Assembly (NCBI RefSeq): GCF_006345805.1
Contig: NW_021836844.1
Coordinates: 1 to 36,753, forward strand
DNA from: Octopus sinensis
Lineage: Eukaryota
Length of the DNA: 36,753 nucleotides
Direction: 5' to 3'
Position 1 is the first letter of the stretch. Every line of letters begins with the position of its first letter. The notes under the pieces are model-generated. The model had not been told where the DNA came from and did not search any database. It saw only the letters and a program-made list of their open reading frames with translations. Positions 32,425 through 36,753 of the stretch are shown here, piece after piece. The translations under genes and the position numbers were made by a program.

Positions 32425-32875
32425 TGAATCTTTTCGGTTTGAACCGCAGTTTTTAACATAATTTCTAGGTAACTAAAAAAATTTTAAACTTCGTATACTG
32501 GTAGAATGTGTTTATAAAACATCTTTTTCTCTTGGCTTTATTGAGAAAATTCTATAGTTTGTAAGGTATTTCGTCTTTAATTTCTTGCATTTCGGCAATT
32601 TTAACCAATCAATGACCGTCTATTGAGGTAAAAAAGCATTCTAAGCCGTATGTGCCTCGTTTAAGAAACAGATTGGGTTTATTTACATTTGTGAAGAAAA
32701 AAATATACCCTTCCCCCTAACCCTAACCCTAACCCTAACCCTAACCCTATCCCTAACTAACCCTAACTCTAAAACAGATTGAAAGGCAATAGATCGATAC
32801 TAGGGTCATAATTATGGGTGACAATTTCATGTGACACCGCTAGAAAAAAACTGCCGTTCAAACCGAAAAGATCCA
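32425..32875. mobile_element. ~450-bp MITE with ~30-bp TIRs and internal telomeric repeats
   Basis: TGAATCTTTTCGGTTTGAACCGCAGTTTTT versus AAAAAACTGCCGTTCAAACCGAAAAGATCCA (2 mismatches). TSD ATGAAT (32419-32424, 32876-32881), or TGAA if the TIR is one base longer. Confidence 0.78.
32715..32772. repeat. Interstitial (CCCTAA)n telomere-type repeat
   Basis: Five perfect units (32715-32744) plus degenerate units. Confidence 0.9.
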
Positions 32876-33563
32876 ATGAATTAAATGAAAACAGTTTTGT
32901 TGCATGGGTAATGTTGTATACTGTCAACCTCATCAAAGAATAAGTAGAGTTTACTGTAAACAGAAGGCACAGTATTCATTTGAAGTCAGAGATGAAACTA
33001 AATCGTTTTGATAAAACATATTAGATATAAATGCTGTGAAATCGAGTCTGAGACCAGGCGGAGGTGGAACGGCGAGAGTTATGACGTCAGATAATAAAAT
33101 TTTTAAGTGAAGTTAACAGCCTTTGTGTGTTTTTGATTTGATAATGCGGTGTTTTCTTTGCTGTAATTGTTTTAGTTTCAACAGTGTCAGATCAAACCAC
33201 TTGCCTTGCAGGTGTATCTCCGAAAATTAAACATAAATGCGACTTTCATTTGAATAATAAAAATTGGTGGTTATCTTTTATGAGAGCGATTATGAGAGGA
33301 AGAAGAGTTCTTTGAACAGTGTTTCACACACACACACCTGCCGTTTTTGATTGAGATAAATTCTTAGTAATCTGTTGATCGCAGTCAAAATATTTGGTCG
33401 ATCCATGAAGATAAGAATTTCGAATGACATCACACACGACTTATTTTTCTTGATTTGATATCTTCTTCATTTTTATTATTAGTTTTTTGGGGTTTTTTTT
33501 AAGTGACACAACTGTTAAAAATTCGGTCTATAAGGCTTCCGGGGGTACCATGTGAGAGAACTA

Positions 33564-34385
33564 TCTTTTACTTGTTTCAGTCATTTGACTGCGGCCATGC
33601 TAGAGCACCGCCTTTAGTCGAGCAAATCAACCCCCCCAGGGACTTATTCTTTGGAAGCCTAGTGCTTATTCTATCAGTCTATTTTGCCGAACCGCTAAGT
33701 TACGGGGACACAAACACACAACCATCAGTTGTCAAGCAATGTTTGGGGGACAAACACAGACACAAAAGCATACACACACACACATACATACATACATACA
33801 TACATACATACATACAAACATATATATATATACAGGAGTGGCTGTGTGGTAAGTAGCTTGTTTACCAACCACATGGTTCCGGGTTCAGTCCCACTGCGTG
33901 CCACCTTGGGCAAGTATCTTCTACTATAGCCTCGGGCCGACCAAAGCCTTGTGAGTGGATTTGGTAGACGGAAACTGAAAGAAGCCCGTCGTATATATGT
34001 ATATATATATGCTTGTGTGTCTGTGTTTGTCCCCCTAGCATAGCTTGACAATCGATGCTGGTGTGTTTATGTCCCTGTTACTTGGCGGTTCGGCAAAAGA
34101 GACCGATAGAATAAGTACTGGGCTTACAAAAGAATAAGTCCCAGGGTCGAGTTGCTCGATTAAAGGCGATGCTCCAGCATGGCCACAGTCAAATGACTGA
34201 AACATGTAAAACAGTAAAAGAGTATACATGTATAAGACGAGCGTCTTTCAGTTTCCGTCTACCGAATCCACTCACCCGAGGCTATAGTAGAAGACACTTG
34301 GCCAAAGTAACACGCGGTAGGAATGAACCCGGAGCCGTGTGGTTCGTAAGCAAGTTACTTACTACATAGCCACTCCTGCGCCTAT
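33564..34385. mobile_element. SINE family A nest: plus copy (33835-34225) inside a minus copy (3' half 33564-33830, 5' half 34236-34385)
   Basis: Both outer pieces are reverse complements of complementary halves of the inner copy. The split falls at the internal microsatellite. Confidence 0.78.
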
Positions 34386-35001
34386 AATGTAATTGTAATT
34401 AACTAATATACCAAGCTTCACTAGGTGCAGTACGTTAGTAACCTTGTTACTAATTGTTTTCCATGCACCGAACACCCCCTTTGGCGTTTTACATCTATTA
34501 TTTTCCAACATAATTCTATGTTACGGTTGCATTCGATGTTAGATTTTGCTAGGAATGGTTTGTTGCTATTCTTTGTGTGAACGAACCGAATGTCAGAAAT
34601 ATTGTTTATAATATTTGTCCCAGGATAATACGCTTTATCGATGGAATTTTATATTGTATTGGCCACAAAGTTATACCGCATTGCAAGGTGAGAACTTAAC
34701 AACATATTGCAGTAACTGCTGATTGCAAATATGATTGCGTGCGAATGTCTGAGACAATCGATATTTTCGGTAGAATTTTTATGTTTTTTAAAATTCAACT
34801 GTCTGTTTTATTCACGCTGTAGATTTTATAAATCAACACCTTTGAAATATAATGTGGCAGAGTAGTAAAATGTCTAAGATAGGCTGTTATTCGTTTATAG
34901 ATATGACCTATGGTTGTTTACACTGTGTGTGTCTATATAGGTTACCCCGGACACATCTACAATCGCCTGAAATAACTTCAGGAATTGAATCTGTACTGAT
35001 A

Positions 35002-35420
35002 CCTGTTTCTTTACTACCCACAAGGCGCTAAACACAGAGGGGACAAACAAGGACAGATAAACGGATTAAGTCTATTATAGATATCGACCCAGTGCGTACT
35101 GGTACTTATTTAATCGACCCCAAAGGATGAAAGGCAGTCATAGTCGACCTCGGCGGAATTTAACTCACAACGTAACAACAGACGAAATAGCTATTTCTTT
35201 ACTACCATAAAGTGGCTAAACACAGAGAGGACAAACAGGGACAGACAAACGGATTAAGACGATTAAATCGACCCCAGTACGTTACTGGTACTTATTTAAT
35301 CGATCCCGAATGGATGAAAGGCAAAGTCGACCTCGGTGTAATTTGAACTCAGAACGTAACGGCAGATGAAATACCGCTAAGCATTTCGCCCGGCGTGCTA
35401 ACGTTTCTGCCAGCTCGTCC
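35002..35420 (-). mobile_element. Tandem dimer of SINE family B (head plus two body units)
   Basis: Units ~35002-35190 and 35191-35420, joined at CAGACGAAATAG|CTATTTCTTTACTACC. Confidence 0.8.
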
Positions 35421-35546
35421 CCTTTGCTCTGGTGATACCGTTTCAGTGGAAATATTTTTGAGCAATTTGAAAGAATTTTCATATAAAAGCAAGTAAAAAA
35501 TCTATTTCCTTTAAAAAATATATTTTCTCTCTCTTTGTCACTAGGT

Positions 35547-35600
<54 letters not shown>

Positions 35601-36509
35601 CCCCTCTCTCTGTCTTCTGTCTGTTTCTAAATTTTTTATTCTAGTAACCTGAATATTACTAGAATTCGTGGTCACGCTCCCCACTCTCCTTCTCTCTCTC
35701 TTAATCTCTCTTATTTTTCTCTCTCTTTTCTCCCTTCCCCACACTTTCTCTTCATAGCAGTTGCTTTTCAATCCCGCTTCAGCCTCAACCGGTCTCGCTC
35801 CAGTGAATGCGTTCGCCTTTAACTGACTTCAATGATGACAATTTACATGTTTGCAGAGATGTAAACTTCACACCTGCAATTATCTATTCAATAAGATATA
35901 ACGAAAGTACCTATGTATATTTTGCCGTGTAGTATCTGCACCCCAGATTATCTCATTCATTTATTCATGTATAATCTTATTTATCCATTCCCGCGCTAAG
36001 CCGTCACTCGCTAACAAGCATGACCAAGTAGTTTCTACAACTCGAATTATGGTTTACCTGTCTCTCTAAACAACCAGATATTAAGGAATCGGCTCTGTTA
36101 CCGTTGGTATTCATTTTCATCTAAGTATCGGGTAGGAACGTGAAATCATGTACATTACTCAGAGGAGTCAACGTGTCACCCGATGCAGCAATCGAACCCC
36201 GGACTTATGATTAACGATGTAACCATAAAACCATGAACATCTAACTCGTGTCCTTGTCTGCTGCAAATTAATATCTAGAAGTAACCGTTTGATAGTCTCC
36301 TGATATATTAATGCCCTTTTCTGCTTCAAAAATCCAGAACGGGAGCGAACACCAACCATTTTCTAGCCGACGACGGGATCACCAGATCGAAGGGTCGTCG
36401 CCTGTTTGTGTCCATCTTCAATTGTAAGTAGATTTCTATTTTTAAGAGATGAGGAATTATGTACATTGTTTACATTTGACGGATATTTATCCTCATCTTC
36501 TTCATTGTT

Positions 36510-36555
36510 AACACAACATTTCGACTGATATACCTTCCAGCCTTCATCAGGTGTC
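36510..36555 (-). ncRNA. Penelope-type small hammerhead variant (extra A after core, no monomeric stem III)
   Basis: Minus strand: GACAC-CUGAUGA-A-GGCUG(10 nt)CAGUC-GAAA-UG-UU-GUGUU. Stem I GACAC/GUGUU and stem II GGCUG/CAGUC each have one G-U pair. Confidence 0.55.
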
Positions 36556-36753
36556 TTGGGGAAATTTTGAACTTGGGTTCTCATTCCGGAAACAAGCACA
36601 GATATAAACCATACCTTAAATTCTGTTTATTACTGTCGGTGTTGCTTCAGTTCTTATTTCGAGTTTTGAAAACATGTTTGTCAAATCTCTGAAGCAGAGG
36701 TATATAATATCCTTTCTAATATAGCCACAAGGCCTGTATTTGAAGGGGAGGGT

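Noticed and set aside
32715-32772. Telomeric repeats as a chromosome end or fusion scar
   Set aside because: The tract is short, single-orientation and enclosed by MITE TIRs.
36615-36688. Minus-strand segment with good acceptor (CTCTGCTTCAG) and donor (AAG|GTATGG)
   Set aside because: All three frames contain a stop; at most a non-coding exon, and unsupported.

Overview
AT-rich eukaryotic non-genic or intronic DNA packed with microsatellites and retroelements. The repeat mix (tRNA-derived SINEs, (TA)n/(GATA)n/(GAT)n tracts, RTE and Tx1 LINEs) suggests a coleoid cephalopod, probably Octopus; this is inference, not a database result. No host gene can be confidently called, and most ORFs in the track are microsatellite artefacts. 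Highlights: (1) At 15531-16528, a ~1 kb non-coding insertion built from a 353-nt monomer (one inverted segment plus ~1.7 tandem direct copies, flanked by an 11-13 bp TSD). It carries three intact minimal type I hammerhead ribozymes with a palindromic stem III, and the monomer folds back on itself. This is a candidate Penelope-mobilised retrozyme/circRNA system. (2) Three further, unrelated hammerhead-like motifs (353-388, 1367-1419, 36510-36555). (3) A full-length Tx1-clade LINE (20634-26702, minus) and a 5'-truncated sister copy (26955-28167), arranged head-to-tail, each bounded on both sides by (GATA)n: a candidate GATA-microsatellite-targeting retrotransposon. Also present are nested and chimeric SINEs, RTE and R4-like LINE fragments, two MITEs (one with internal telomeric repeats) and a 130-bp near-perfect hairpin. 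All coordinates and pairings were read by eye and need computational confirmation.
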